A stretch of 61,036 nucleotides of DNA, filler included, from Sphacelaria rigidula (taxonomy: Eukaryota): the NCBI GenBank assembly GCA_964200075.2. It is 10 parts of 10 records of this genome, joined end to end, with 100 filler letters (N's around TTAATTAATTAA, not from the genome) between each part and the next. Parts side by side here need not be neighbours in the genome. Positions count along the whole stretch, not along the records: positions 1 to 6,014 come from CAXNAA020022788.1; positions 6,115 to 12,128 come from CAXNAA020022789.1; 8 more parts are not named here. One strand, 5' to 3'. The position numbers were made by a program, and so were the translations under genes. The notes beneath the pieces are model-generated. The model worked only from the letters and a program-made list of their open reading frames with translations, made no database searches and was not told the origin of the DNA. Shown here piece after piece: positions 1-12,128 of the stretch (the first letter of the stretch is position 1; each line of letters opens with the position of its first letter).

Positions 1-72
1 GTCCCGGCATTGTAGGGATGCGAGGTCAATGGTCTGATGACTATGGCATGCATGATCATGAGCACACCCCCC
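1..72 (+). mobile_element. Family A repeat, fixed end (...CATGATCATGAGCACACCCCCC), cut by contig start
   Basis: Matches the reverse complement of 5950-6014, 12067-12128, 34204-34300 and 36746-36830. Confidence 0.85.
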
Positions 73-269
73 CACTTGCTCTTCCAGGATGCTCTCCGCG
101 CTCGTTCCCGCCGTGGAGAATGCGGAATGCGGGTTATTCCCTATAGTAGGAATCTACAGCTAGGAATTTTACCACTTCATCCTCATCAAATATGAGCAAC
201 CCGCCGTTGTATTTCAAGAGCGGCTTCGAGAAAAGGCCCTCTACCTTTGACGAGCGCGTTACACGTTGC

Positions 270-660
270 CTAGAACGATAGACCATCGAAACACGGCAGG
301 AAGTCACACCCGCTGAGCAAAAGCACTAGCGTAAAGAGGGCCACCCTGATGCCGGAAGTTTCGTCAACCCACGCGCTGCTCCCCGCCCATATGCGGTGAG
401 GGCCGTCCTGCAGATTGGTGACGGCTTGGTAGACGCGATTGGCAATTTTATTCAGGACCGCCGGGCAGCCCACAGCGCAGGGTTACGTCCGTGCGGTCAC
501 TGCCCGCGGCGTTGATCTTCCCTGTCGCCATCGCCAGCAACACAAACATCAGTTCGCCCGTGTCTCATTAGTGGCCCATGATTCATCGACCTTCAATTTA
601 TACAGGGAGCAGTGTGCTGCGCTGTGATCGGAAGCCCTCAGACTGCGGAGCTCCGTATGG
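270..660 (-). pseudogene. Possible decayed XPG/FEN1-like (PIN/H3TH) nuclease remnant
   Basis: LVLLLSGCDFLP resembles the H3TH GCD[YF]LP motif, with a DTGELMFVLL segment upstream. Broken by stops and frameshifts. Confidence 0.25.
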
Positions 661-1544
661 CGGCTGCCGTAATGCGCTAATTTACCTGTGCGCGCCGGGT
701 TGTGGAGAGTTTTCAGCTGCCACTGGGGAGATGTCTGCGAGGCTTCCGGCCAGCACCTTCAGCCCGTGGTGAACATGCAATCCCAGCAAATACGTTCGGT
801 GCAGTTGAGGAGTGGGAGGGGGAGGGGGGGGCTGGCCGGTGAGGTGTCTAAGTTGATACCGGAGACGTCCACTAACGACACGGGTCGCGTGGGTCGGGGT
901 TTTCTTCCCGGACAGGCATTTCACCAGCGTAACTGATCGAGGCATTAATGCGTCATTTCTCGAATCGTGAGGTTGTAGAATGTGCGGATCGACGAGGCCG
1001 ATATAACAAAAAACATGGGATCCTACGGCCGGCTGGGACGTCGGCCAGCCTGAACATGGATCTTTACGTTGCACGCGAATTCTTCCGCCGAAATAGTAGA
1101 TTTCCAATTGTGTCGTTAGCGGAATTGGACAGTGTGTATGTACGCCATGAAATAAGTGCAATGAGCGTTGACATAACCCTAGCAAGCCGCGGGCTTATGA
1201 AGCGCAGCACAGCCCTCTCTACAACCTGTGCTCAATTTTCGAGACAGCACGGAAGGGGCGGCGGCGGAGGGCATGAGGAAACAATATCATCGTCCATCAT
1301 AGTCGTATCTCACCGGTGTCCCAGCGGCATCTATGCAACCGATGGTCGATCCCGCCAAGTCCCCTTTCTGGCGTGTTCATGGTCAAACACCTGCGGGTAA
1401 GTATCGTGGTCTTTTGGCTCAGGTGACCGGCGGGGTATAGTATCCCTCATGCAATGTGAGGGGGTTCCTTCTCTATGTGTCAGTTGTTTCAATTTCCTCG
1501 CTTATTACTTATTACCCTCCCTTTCCACGTGAAAGTGCTTCAAT

Positions 1545-1985
1545 TGATAGGTATTCGGGAGTTGAACACGCCGTGCTCAGGGCACAATCCCCCACTTGAT
1601 GTTGTCGGGGTGAAACGGAGTAAAAACGCCGCCCATGTGGAGGGTGTTGTTGACGGTCATTGCACGAGTAAAGCAGGTATCCGACTGATGCGCAGTGAAT
1701 AGGGAGACCTCAAAGGACAGACTTCTTTTTTTGTTCACGACAATGATCATTCACGACAATGATCGGGATGGATTTAGTCGAGAATAAATGCGGAAGAGTT
1801 ATACTATGGGCCACGGGACCCCAGAGAATGGATCATCGTGCAAGTCCTTCAAGATTAAGTGCAGGGATTACTTCTTTTCCCTAGAGTCAAACGGATGCTA
1901 CTGTGTCCCGGTCTCGACACTTCACTGAGATCAGCGGTGGTATGCCGAAACAAAATTGCCAAAAAACTCCGGTCACGAAATTTGC
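1545..1985 (+). repeat. Family H dispersed repeat (second diverged copy at about 10575-11040)
   Basis: Collinear shared blocks: TCAGGGCAC, ACGGAGTAA, GACAA(T/C)GATCGGGAT, GGACCCC-GAGAAT, GTCCTTC, TCAGCGGT. Confidence 0.65.
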
Positions 1986-4289
1986 CCCGCGTGCAAGCGG
2001 ATCGCTTCACGATTACATTCTCCACATCTTCTCTCGACCGCAACGCCTCCAGGAACACTAAGCAATGCTGGAATGACTTGGAGGATACGAAAGCAGAAGG
2101 ATATCAGCCTCGTATAATACAACATTAGAGACAAGAATGTCTGGAAGGAATGGACTGAAACATCCTCGGTGAATCCTGTGCTCGGCTTGCGGGGGCGACC
2201 CCATTTCACGCACGGTGGCCATCGGTACATGCTGGTATCGTCACACACCTCGTTGTGCTGTGTTACCATCACGTGCCGCGGGCTTACAAAAGTTGTATGA
2301 ATATATCCGCTGGCACCGTGTGTGTACTACCAAAGCACGGTCCTGTGGTGATAATTGCCTCTTGCCGGGCATGTGAATCGGACTGTGGAACGTGACAGCG
2401 AGCAGCAATCGCCTCACACCGCCGCAGTCCCTACAGCATAGACTATCCTCGTTACAAGGCGTGGTACTGCGGAAGGGTATGGACGTCGCTGTGTGCCCTC
2501 TGCCTCTCTGTCACTGAACGACCGTGGTATAACTATAACGTAAGGCACAATCTGCACGATGCACAGCATTACGCACAGCAGTGTGAGAACTTGCATGTCT
2601 GTACTGCAGCACTGTGAAGTGCAGTACGGACAGTACAGTGCATTAGTCTGTTATACTGCACCTGATGGCCATGAGGGAATTTTCAAGTTTCAAAGCGACC
2701 GGCTGCGCCGCCAGTCATGGATGCAAATCATCATCATGCCGTTCGCATTTGAGCTATAAGCCATTCAGATACTTCTCTTTCAGGAGGATTGCACACTCCG
2801 TATACCACACCCTAGGCGTGGTGACGGGCTGGAATGCAAAGCCTGGCCGACACCTATCGGTGTACCATGGGGCTCGCTAGGTACCCCTACCGAGCAACAC
2901 CATGCACACCACCCGATGCGGGACATGATCACCTTTGCAGCCTGCAACTTGCACCGACGATCCCGCCTTTAACACAGCTTTCCAGAGATGCCGTGTGTTG
3001 GGCCGTAGTTCCTTTTTCTGGGGCTTGTTGCTAGTGTGGACTATACCTACTTTGCGGATGATCCCAACCGATACTTTGTACAACGGCTTTTGTGTGCGAA
3101 AAACGGCAAACATTGAAGTTTTTTTCCTATTGGCGCAAAACTTGTCATTCATTTGGCGCCACCCGGCGTTAACCCTTAGGTAGCGACCCCCCCGGAGATG
3201 GACTGAGATGTCACATTTTGGGTTCAGGACAGCTCTTTTTTCGCTACATGAAACGCCTTCTTTCATGAACATGTGGATGTTAGGCATCTAAATATAAAAT
3301 AGTTCCGGAAAACTGCTGACCCCTTTTTCCCTGCAGTCAAGTGCGTGCGGAGTCAGCACGTGTGCTGCATATCTTCGCTGGGTACGACGGCGAGAAATAG
3401 TCAGCGTGCCGTCGCTCTCCACTGAACACAATCTACTGCATGCTGCTGATGTCTCTGCTCAGTGTTCCATAACATCACTACAGACAGTGTGAAGCTATGC
3501 TGGCAACACAAGAGGGTTGGTTCAGGCAGTGGCGGAGACCGCGAGCGAAGTACCACGCACGTTGTTTGTGCTCATGAGACCCATGGTTGAATTGTCGAAA
3601 CCAAAATGAGAAATACGGCTAGACAGCGAAGGAGTCCACCTGTAGTCCACCTGTAGGGGAGCAAAGTGACCATTTTCATGGTCGTGATTGGTCATGGTAG
3701 TCACCCCGCTCCTTCTGGGCCTCGTTCCTAAAAGCTTATAATGTTTTGTGGGATACTTCCACACACACATGGTTGACTTGGTGAGCTTTTCGGCTGTTGT
3801 GCGAACAGGCTCCCACCCCCTTTGTAAAAGAACCACACCCCCGCTCCCTGGAAACCCCCGGATGTCCCTGTATTGTCAGCCTATGAAACTGTTCCGAGGT
3901 GGCGCTCGCTGCCGAGGGATTAGCCCCTGACCCCCAGGGTGGGCAATCTGGGTATCAGGTACGTATTTCAAGTGAGAATGATGTCGATTCAACAGATTAC
4001 ATACCCTGGTAATGAAAGGGTTGACCGTTCGACCGAAGGCTCTTCGAGATATTCACTGTAGTCGCAACCTTCATCCAACAATCACTGCACAAAGTAGTGC
4101 GCTGGCAAATCTGGAATTAAACGGACTGGATCGCGGTCAAACGCTCAAATGTTGATATTTGTAGGGCATGGATGCACTGCACCCAAAATGTCACTGAACC
4201 GTGACCGCCGCACCCCACGGTCTAAGGGGTGCATCGTAGCACCAGTTGGGGCGGAGCTGAGGGGGAACAAATCCAAGCAGATACTTCTT

Positions 4290-4427
4290 CACACCCTGGT
4301 CATGAGGTTCTATTGTCAAGAAATATACTGCGTACAGTATGGAGTCTATTGTCTGTTGTAGTAGGCGCAATACCCGATACTGTACGCAGTACACTTCTTG
4401 ACTGTGTATTCTATTGTCCAGGGTATG
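4290..4427. mobile_element. Family C hairpin MITE (CACACCCTGG...CCAGGGTRTG) with 8-bp TSD, hAT- or P-like
   Basis: Terminal inverted repeats, internal palindromy, perfect TSD TACTTCTT at 4282-4289 and 4428-4435. Confidence 0.9.
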
Positions 4428-5402
4428 TACTTCTTTTCTCAGGAGTGTCTGATTTCTGTCGTTGAGAACGTGAGAGCACGAACAACCGAAAATAAATAAT
4501 GACCAAGCTCCATGCGGTTCCGGCATGCCAATTGAAATCGCGTTACCGAAATGTGAGGCAAGCACCGGGGGAGAGATAGATGGTGTCGTTGAAACTCCGG
4601 ACTCGTTTCGAGGAAGAGGCATGGTTAGAGCTTTGGCGAAAAAAGAAAAAAAAAAGTACACGAGAGGCAGCAGGACTTACCGCATACATTACTTCTCCCG
4701 TGGTATTCCGACATGGAACATATCACTCTAACCTGGAGAGAGCTAGACTGTGAACCGATTTGTGCTTGGCTGTGTTCAAGCCGATACTGGTGTACTTCGC
4801 TGGTGGGACCTTGTGTGAAAATGGGTGCCGGGTTCGAAACCCATGTCATGGCGAAGACGTGTCTAGATGCCTTGCAAACAAAATAGCGGGAAAAGTGGTT
4901 GTTCCGCCAGCTCACGAGGCTCCCCCCTCTAGTTCCCCCTTTCAGCCACACGGTACCATTGGCTCCCTGCGCAAATCATCATCGTAATGTGTTTTTTTTG
5001 CGTGGTGTGACCCGCGTGCTTCTTATAATTGATGGCTCGGTCGTCGACTGTCACGTGCGCTCTGTGAGCAGGTGAGAGTAGACGGCCAAGGCTAAGTTAT
5101 TTGAGTTACCTGCGCGATGTCGTGCTGTCAGCAAAGAAACAAAACGACATAGGTGCAGCTAGGCGACACTATATCTAGCAAGCAAACAAGAAAGACCGAC
5201 GCGGAAAAGGCTACTGCATATACAGAAGAAGTGCCCTCCTCAAGCCGACATCCCCCGTTCCAAACGGGAAAGAAACAACGCAGTGTGTCGGATGGTTCAG
5301 CGGTGCCTGATCCGGGCGCCGTGTCAACGATGTATACGTACATTGGGACCTCTCGTGTTGCGCTTGCCCCCTCATTTCACTCCTTTTCGCCGGTTCCCCC
5401 AG

Positions 5403-5556
5403 GCGCCGACAGGAGATAGTGAAGAGCCTTACGGAGGGCGACGTGCCGGCGAGAGATATGGGAAAGGTGAGCAAGGAGCTGGGCCGCTTGGAGGTAGTAC
5501 TGGAGGCGCATGGTGCGGTGACGGCCAAGGAAGAGGAGATCAAGCATCTCGAGGAG
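5403..5556 (+). CDS. Internal exon of a class-1 peptide chain release factor (PrfA/mtRF1-like N-terminal region)
   Basis: Pyrimidine tract plus CAG acceptor and GTGCGC donor. RRQEIVKSL...MGKVSKELGRLEVVLEAHGAVTAKEEEIKHLEE resembles RF1 N-terminal helices. A phase-compatible donor CAG|GTGAGA lies at 5071/5072. Confidence 0.55.
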
Positions 5557-5949
5557 GTGCGCACGCGACGCGACTCCTTCTTGTACGAAACGTGCCTCGA
5601 ATGGGTCGCAAGGATGGGGGGAAAGAAGAGCGAGGGTGGAGGATGTCTTGATTCTTGCTTCTCACGTCTTGTTGAAAAATAAGCCCGTTTTGAAGTACTT
5701 GACCTTTGAACCGTGCTGGAAAGAACGAAAAAAGCGGGAAAAAAATGTCACTGAGAGGAATTGAGTGCGTGACTTACGCACACAACGTGCCTATCATATT
5801 GTGTCACAGTGGCCTTGAGAGGGGTGATATTTCGACGCGAAGGTACTTTTATCACTTGAAGGGAAAATGGTTTCAGCGTCGAGGAAAGTAGCGAAGAGGC
5901 GCTTGCTTTTGCCTTGAAGAAGAAACAGCCAACCGTGATATATCCAAAT

Positions 5950-6014
5950 TGGGGGGCTGGGGTGTGTGCTCATGATCATGCATGCCATAGTCATAAGACC
6001 ATTGACCTTGCATC
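5950..6014 (-). mobile_element. Family A repeat, fixed end, cut by contig end
   Basis: G-run followed by GTGCTCATGATCATGCATGCCATAGTCATAAGACCATTGACC. Confidence 0.85.
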
Positions 6015-6114
6015 NNNNNNNNNNNNNNNNNNNNNNNNNNNNNNNNNNNNNNNNNNNNTTAATTAATTAANNNNNNNNNNNNNNNNNNNNNNNNNNNNNN
6101 NNNNNNNNNNNNNN
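6015..6114. other. Artificial contig spacer N44-TTAATTAATTAA-N44 (also at 12129-12228, 18243-18342, 24357-24456, 30471-30570, 36585-36684, 42698-42797, 48811-48910, 54924-55023)
   Basis: Nine identical 100-bp spacers with a six-frame stop linker separate segments of 6014 or 6013 bp. Confidence 0.99.
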
Positions 6115-6136
6115 CAATAATCTGTGGAGATCGCCT

Positions 6137-6270
6137 TAAATTTTGTTCCACACGAAGTTTTGTTCAGCGGCCGCTCTCGAAACCTTGGAGCCAAGCGAAT
6201 CTGAAAAGTGGGCTAGGCTCCTCTCTGTGGGGTGATGCAAAGCGTGCAAGACGTTTCTTGGCGATTTTCG
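6137..6270 (+). repeat. Family I dispersed repeat (also about 12870-12995 minus strand and about 42376-42530 plus strand)
   Basis: Shared TCTCGAAACCT(T/C)GGAG(C/T)CAAGCGAATC-GAAAAGTGGGCTAG core in three contigs. Confidence 0.8.
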
Positions 6271-7359
6271 CTCTTTGGGGGTCAAAAAGTGGCTCAAACG
6301 CCGTAAAAGTGAACAATCCGTGGGCCAAAAATCTGTGTGCCATAAAATCCGGCCTAACCATCCAGAAATAAGAAGCACAACAGGCGTTGATGAACCATCA
6401 GGTGCCCAGTCGTCATACGGCTACCTGACACATACGCGGGTTTTTGGAGAATGGCCTCTTAAATGGCTACCAGTTGGCAGCGTGGGCGCAAAATTGAATT
6501 TCTCGCGAGCTGCAGTTTCTGGTCGAGAAAATTGCAGCAGCCCAGGCAAATGCTTGCGTGGGCGGGCTGGGGTTCCTGTCTTCAGATGCTTTGTATCGTG
6601 CATGAGTCTTTGCTGTGTCTGCAAAAGGCGAAGCGTCAAGACGATGGCCGGATCAGATACAGCGTGAGTGCCACACCGCATCACTAGCGGCGCAATCAAC
6701 CCTCACGGTTATCTCCAAGACTGCGCTACTGCTAGTCGTCGCCATGCGTCTGATGGGCGGAACCGTCTTTCATTTCTTCTTGTGGGAAATTTCGATGTGG
6801 CTCTTCGTGCGGATGAAGATGTCACTGTGCGTCGACCCAAGACTCGACGCAGTCGCATTCGTCAGGGCTACGCCACGCACGCAGAATTCCTACACTCGGA
6901 GTCGGAGGTGTCGGTGGCGGATGACAGTGATTCAAGTGGTCGATATAAATCGCAGCATGAAAGCACGAACAACATGCGTTTTACTGTTCGTCTCACACGA
7001 AGGAAGTTGACTCACGCAGTGTGCGTGGCAAAGCACAACGAGCGGCCTGGCGTGCCCAACGCCCCCCCCACCTTTGTTTCATGTTTTATGTAGGCGTTTT
7101 CTCTCTCACCCAGTGCAATTATTCCAAACCTTCCAACCGCCCCTCTCCCGCCCCCTGTTTTCATGTATGCGTTTTCTCTCTCACAAAGTGCAATTATTCC
7201 GAACCCCTAAACACAGGCGGCCATCTGGCGGCTGGGCACGCAAAGGGCTACAGACATGCGAGGGCATACCAAGAGTTAGCGCCTAGCTCGTGCAGTATTG
7301 GAAGTGAACCTCTGTGAGTTTCTTCTGCTTGATTTCCTTGTATTATCTTGTCTTTTCTT

Positions 7360-7502
7360 CACACCCTGGATAATGACAATATATTTTATTGTAAAAAATA
7401 TACCGTGTACAGTATGGAATCTATCATCCGTTGCAATGGGCGCAATAGTCGATACTGTACGCAGTAGACTTTTTGACTGTGCATTCTTTTGTCCAGGGTA
7501 TG
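7360..7502. mobile_element. Family C hairpin MITE
   Basis: Same TIRs and body as 4290-4427, degenerate TSD CTTTTCTT/CTTTTACT. Confidence 0.85.
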
Positions 7503-7744
7503 CTTTTACTTTTCTCTTCCTGTCTACTCTCGTTTGTCTGTTTTACCTCTTCTGTTTTTTTTCCTTTACTTTTCGTCAGCGAGCGTTCCAGTTTTCGTTT
7601 GATTCGGGTACACCTGTCGTGTGACCATGGCTGAATCCCAGGGGGAGCAATGAAAGTGTGACAATCAATCGAAATCAATCCTGGGCATCTTTCTGTCAGC
7701 CGGCCGTCCACATACTGCAAGTGATGCTTTCCTAGGTAAAAACA

Positions 7745-8128
7745 TACCGAGCGGCCTCTCGACAGTTTTGTGCGCAGAGTGCTATCGTCCCATCCATTCT
7801 GGACGCCGGTCTGCCCCTCTCGGTACATGTGGGCGCACCAGCCGGGGTCACACAGGAGGAAGGTCAACACAGGAGTTTTTTTTTTTCATTTCTTTTTTGT
7901 ACCCCACCTTCCTTCTGCGGTGCTTGCCTTTACTTGTTGTCGCGAGAGGCGTTCAGCACTCCCTTTCCCTCGTCGCCCGTTAAGTCGACTGTTGTGTACC
8001 CACGACATAGTCGCACTCCGCTGTTGGACATGATGTGAGAAAAAATCCCAGATCGCTCCAAGCTTTGAACCCACGACCCAACCGTCAGAAGGTTTCGAGG
8101 TTACCTACTGAGCCACCGGGGCGACCGG
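7745..8128 (-). mobile_element. tRNA-derived SINE, family B, near full length
   Basis: Head GCCCCGGTGGCTCAGTAGG (A box) ...GGTTCAAAGC (B box), then body and tail shared with 40519-40752, 41040-41200, 42600-42697 and 54420-54665. Confidence 0.8.
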
Positions 8129-8472
8129 TAAGAGTATTGCGGTGTTAGTTTCGGGTTTCTACACTAATCTTTCGGTCTAGTGCAGTATGTAAGCGGGGCC
8201 GAGGGGACCTTTATCGGTAAATCCATGCACCACCGCCCCCCTCGCCGCAAAAACCTCATTTTGAGGTTGGAGGGGGGGGGGGGGGGGGGTTTTTTCCATC
8301 TTTCTTGTAGAGTGTGTAAGAGGTAGGGGTGTGCGCCCCCCGGTTTTTTGTGTTGTTACNNNNNNNNNNGGGGCGGGGGGGCCCTTTTTCGGTAAACCAA
8401 GGCCCCCCCCCCCCCCCCCCCCCAAAAACCTATTTTTTGTGTGGGGGGGGGGGGGGGGGGGGGGGGGGGTAC

Positions 8473-8746
8473 CTCCCTGATCGCTGGATGATGGCGATAG
8501 TAGATGCTGTATTGCACCGCACGTGTTTGCCGGTAACGTCGGCCTACGCCGGGTGTGCCGAAACGGTAGGTGGTAGAGGTAAGTCAAAGCAAGTAGAGCA
8601 GAACATGTCCGCAGAAGCAGGGAATGGAGAACAAAGCGCTGAGGGTACCGGCGCTTGAAATGTGCCGCAGATTCCAGAAGTCTTGCAAGAGGTGAACATG
8701 AAGTGGGCGCGCACGCCTGGCACCCAGGAGTTTGCATGGATTTGCC
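8473..8746 (-). CDS. Putative downstream exons (8649-8746, 8473-8543; possible micro-exon 9296-9317) of the helicase-like gene
   Basis: GT-AG boundaries, phase-compatible chain and GC3-rich codons. No recognisable motif. Confidence 0.35.
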
Positions 8747-9772
8747 CTTGCGGGCATAGCAATATTAACATCACGTTAATTACATTTCATGACTGCCGCT
8801 ACCTCGATGTTGGATACTCTTTTTCGCAACACCGCGTCCATAACATTCCCCTTTGCAACCTCTCTCTCTCTTTTGTCGAAGTGCAGTATGAATTGCAATA
8901 TGTAGATATACGCGTTGTATGAACACGGCTGTCTGCCCAAAGGCGGGTAAAGTACGTGATCATCTGCAACTCACACATTGTGCACGTCTATAATATCAGA
9001 ACATTTTCGTGTCGGCTTGGTAACACCGCACAGTCAACTTACTGCATGTCCATTTCAGTCATTCAGTAGCAGTACAGAACTGTTCGTCGTACACCGCCCT
9101 CCTTAGCATGGCGGCCGTATCACTGCGACAGTGCCAGGTGGGTAACAACCGGTCTTGCAAAAGCCAGCGGGACTCAACATCCAGTATCCAGTGATCGCCG
9201 CGACTCGAAAGTCATTTTCCAACCAGAAAAAATTGCTCTCCGATCGCCACAAGAACACCTGACACACCAGAACTCCTCGGTTTTGGGCTGCTCACGTTGA
9301 GGCGAACCCAGAGATATCTAAATGCTCGTTCAATTCCGTATACTAGTGGAGAAAGAGGAAGAATAAGGTTTTTCTCAGATTGATTTGGCATTTTCCTCAT
9401 TCTCGACCGCGGGTAATGGGGGGGGGAGGGTACCGGTGGTGCATGGATTTCCCGATATGGGCCTCCTCGGCGGAGCAGGTATGTGTATTCTATGTCGAGC
9501 CCGACACACACATATATATGTATAGAGAGCCATATTGCGGAGGTCGACCATTTCTGTAGTTTTTTATCCATGTTTTTGCTTGGTTTGCGGTCTACTTGTC
9601 AGCCTGTCCCACCGTTCTATTTTCCTCATTTTCTTTCAGTTAGTGTCTCCGTTTCGCCTTGTCTCGGGGGTACGTCCATCATGTCACCATTGCTGGATTT
9701 CTGGGGGATCGGTGAATGTGCGACAACCAATCATTTAATCAATCTATCATATCAGTCAAGATATATACTGAC

Positions 9773-9890
9773 GTTGTTTTGGAAGGCCCACGTGAGCAGC
9801 AACCGAAGAATGTTGGCCAACTCTGGGTCGGAGGCCGGGTCGGACGACAGCTGTGGCAGCGTCTCTTGATTCATCAGCTTCGCGACACGT
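9773..9890 (-). CDS. Exon of a DEAH/RHA-family RNA helicase-like gene (region after HA2)
   Basis: CAG acceptor and GTCAGT donor, joins exon 11651-11832 in phase 2. ELANILRLLLTWAFQNN resembles the LIRAVLxAGLYPN block. Confidence 0.55.
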
Positions 9891-11477
9891 CTGAAGATGT
9901 CGAGATACGGGATACGAAAAGAGGCGAAGACGGGGAGGGGAGGGGGGCGGTACAAAAAAAGGGAGAGTTGACAAACAAAACAGCAGGGAAGGAAAACGCA
10001 AAAATTACTTATTTATCAGAGCACAAAATGTGAACAGCTCATGTGCAATTATCCCCATGCATATTTACCGAGAAATGCGACGGACACATCTCGAACAAAG
10101 TCATCGTTGTCATGAAATCGCCCACAAACACACTACAGTAGTTTCGATCTGAGTTTTGTCATTTTTCGTAGTAGGCGTTTTTCAACAGTTTTTTCGCGAG
10201 CCACCCCTCATCCTAGTGGACGTTTGATCCAGAAATTTGGGGATCGGGAGATACTAGGCATCCGCTCGACATTTCGACACAAAAAGCATATCTGCGCTTG
10301 ATATCCAACGACTTAGGAGCTATCTTGACAGGGGGCGTTATTGCCCGTTTTTTTTTTTTGTCCCAAAACACATTTCTTTTCGACTCTAGCGCACTGAATA
10401 TAGCGCGCCATTGAATAGGTAAAATTAATGAGTAAGGGTCGTATAAAATTATTCACGAGAGCGATCAGGATTGGTTCACCTCCCCTGTACCATACCAAGC
10501 ACGGTTGGGCAATTTTCGTATTTCCATGTTTGTGAATTTTCTCGTATAGTGCTTCCTCAGCAGTCGAACGTCCTACCGTCGATAGACATTGGGGATGGAA
10601 AGAAGCAAGTGATGTTCAGGGCACGATATTCAAGTTGGTGTTGTCTCGGTGATACGGAGTAAGGACCCCGTTTATCGGGGGCTGTGTTATCACGGCCGAA
10701 CTGGTCCGAAACACACAGTTTTTCGGCTCTAGCGCGATGAATAGGTAGAAGTTAATAAATAAAAAAGCTACTTACATTTGTTTGGGACAACGATCGGGAT
10801 TGCTTCGATCGAGCAAAAATACCCAAGGGTCAAAACCTGGGGCTAGCAGCCGCAGGACCCCCGAGAATCAGTCAGTCCTCACGTCCTTCGAAATTTGAGT
10901 ACAAAGATAATTCTTGCTCAGAATGTGGAGCGAATACCTGGTATCTCCCGATCTCCACGCTTTGGGATCAAACGTTCCCTGGGTTCAGCGGTAGCACGAG
11001 GAAAAACTACGGAAAATCGCTCACGACAAAACAATTTACAAAACCCCTCTGCTTCAGCTCAAAACTCCTGTGTAGCCCAACGCATCAAACTTTACGGCAT
11101 GCAGTCCCACGTAGAACCGGAATGTTTCGAACACATCACGGTCGTCTCGACGTGGGAACCCACGTACTTCATCAAAATGTATTTACTTCGCTTCTAGGCA
11201 CGTCGAACACGGGACCCTGTAACGGCGTAGAACTGAGTACAGAGCTGTCAGGCTATGGTGCTCTCAACAGTCGACCAGCACCCGTAGCACTAAAGGCGAG
11301 TTGAAGACGACCAGGACTCAACTCTTGTGGATTCCATGTTTCTCCCGATGAAAGGTTTTTAAAAAACGAAAATTGGAATCGTTGTTCTTCATTTGGAGAA
11401 GGCAAGGGGCACCACCAAGCCAGGCCGTTGCTGTGATAGGTGAGCACTACGACGCACACGAAGAACATAGATTGTGA

Positions 11478-11518
11478 GCAGCAACAGCAACAGCAGCAGT
11501 AGCAAGAAGAAGAAGAAG

Positions 11519-11562
<44 letters not shown>

Positions 11563-11588
11563 GAGCAACAACAACAACAATAACAACG
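11478..11588 (+). repeat. (AGC/AAG/AAC)n compound microsatellite in an intron
   Basis: Seen directly. Confidence 0.95.
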
Positions 11589-11650
11589 ATGATTGTAGCC
11601 ACCCCTCTTCTACGCGGACGAAATCATCGTACTGTACTGCAGCTGAATAC

Positions 11651-11832
11651 CTTTCAATAGACGAGACGGAGGACGCGAGATGCTTCATCCTGGTGAACGA
11701 CAGCGAGAACAGCTGGCAGAAAGTCCACGTCGTCGTGCCCCCCGCCTTGGTCCACACGTTGTACTCGCGAAGGAGCCGCAGGGCCGCTAGCGTGTCGGAG
11801 TACATTCCCATGTCGAACACTGCTCGCGCCAA
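11651..11832 (-). CDS. Exon of a DEAH/RHA-family RNA helicase-like gene (HA2 C-terminal part)
   Basis: CAG acceptor and AG|GTATTC donor. YSDTLAALRLLREY...WTFCQLFSLSFTRM resembles SDHLALLxAYxxW...FCxxNFLS. Confidence 0.55.
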
Positions 11833-12066
11833 CTGATGTGTGTTTCAGTACGTAACGAAATGATCCGGTTGGCTTGAGGGGTGTTGTTGATGGATGTTGG
11901 CGTGGTTAGTGATGCCGTGTGATGATGGTGGTGGTGGTGGTGCGTTGTCGACGGTGTGATGGTGTAAGTGACATGATGTTGGCTTTGATAACGTTAACAT
12001 TGATGCTCGTGTCGATCTCGTTTCTCGTCGAGCGAGCGCATACAAACGAGCAGAACTAAGCAAGAG

Positions 12067-12128
12067 TGGAGAGGGGGGGGGGTACTCATGATCATACATG
12101 CCGTAGTCATAGGACCATTGACCTCGCA
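12067..12128 (-). mobile_element. Family A repeat, fixed end, cut by contig end
   Basis: G-run followed by GTACTCATGATCATACATGCCGTAGTCATAGGACCATTGACCTCGCA. Confidence 0.85.

Noticed and set aside
1..6014. Contig 1 bracketed by inverted family A ends, resembling a large TIR transposon
   Set aside because: Family A is abundant and breaks many contigs, so two independent copies explain it.
6645..7010. N-terminus of a Harbinger-type transposase
   Set aside because: Only compositional resemblance, with no catalytic motif or TIR pair found.
8270..8470. G/C runs and poly-Pro/Gly ORFs around the 10-N gaps (8360-8369, also 25040-25230)
   Set aside because: Low-quality gap-edge sequence, not credible as coding DNA or G-quadruplex arrays.
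11389..11836. Poly-Leu and poly-Asn ORFs (also 24142-24408)
   Set aside because: Translations of (AAC)n microsatellites.
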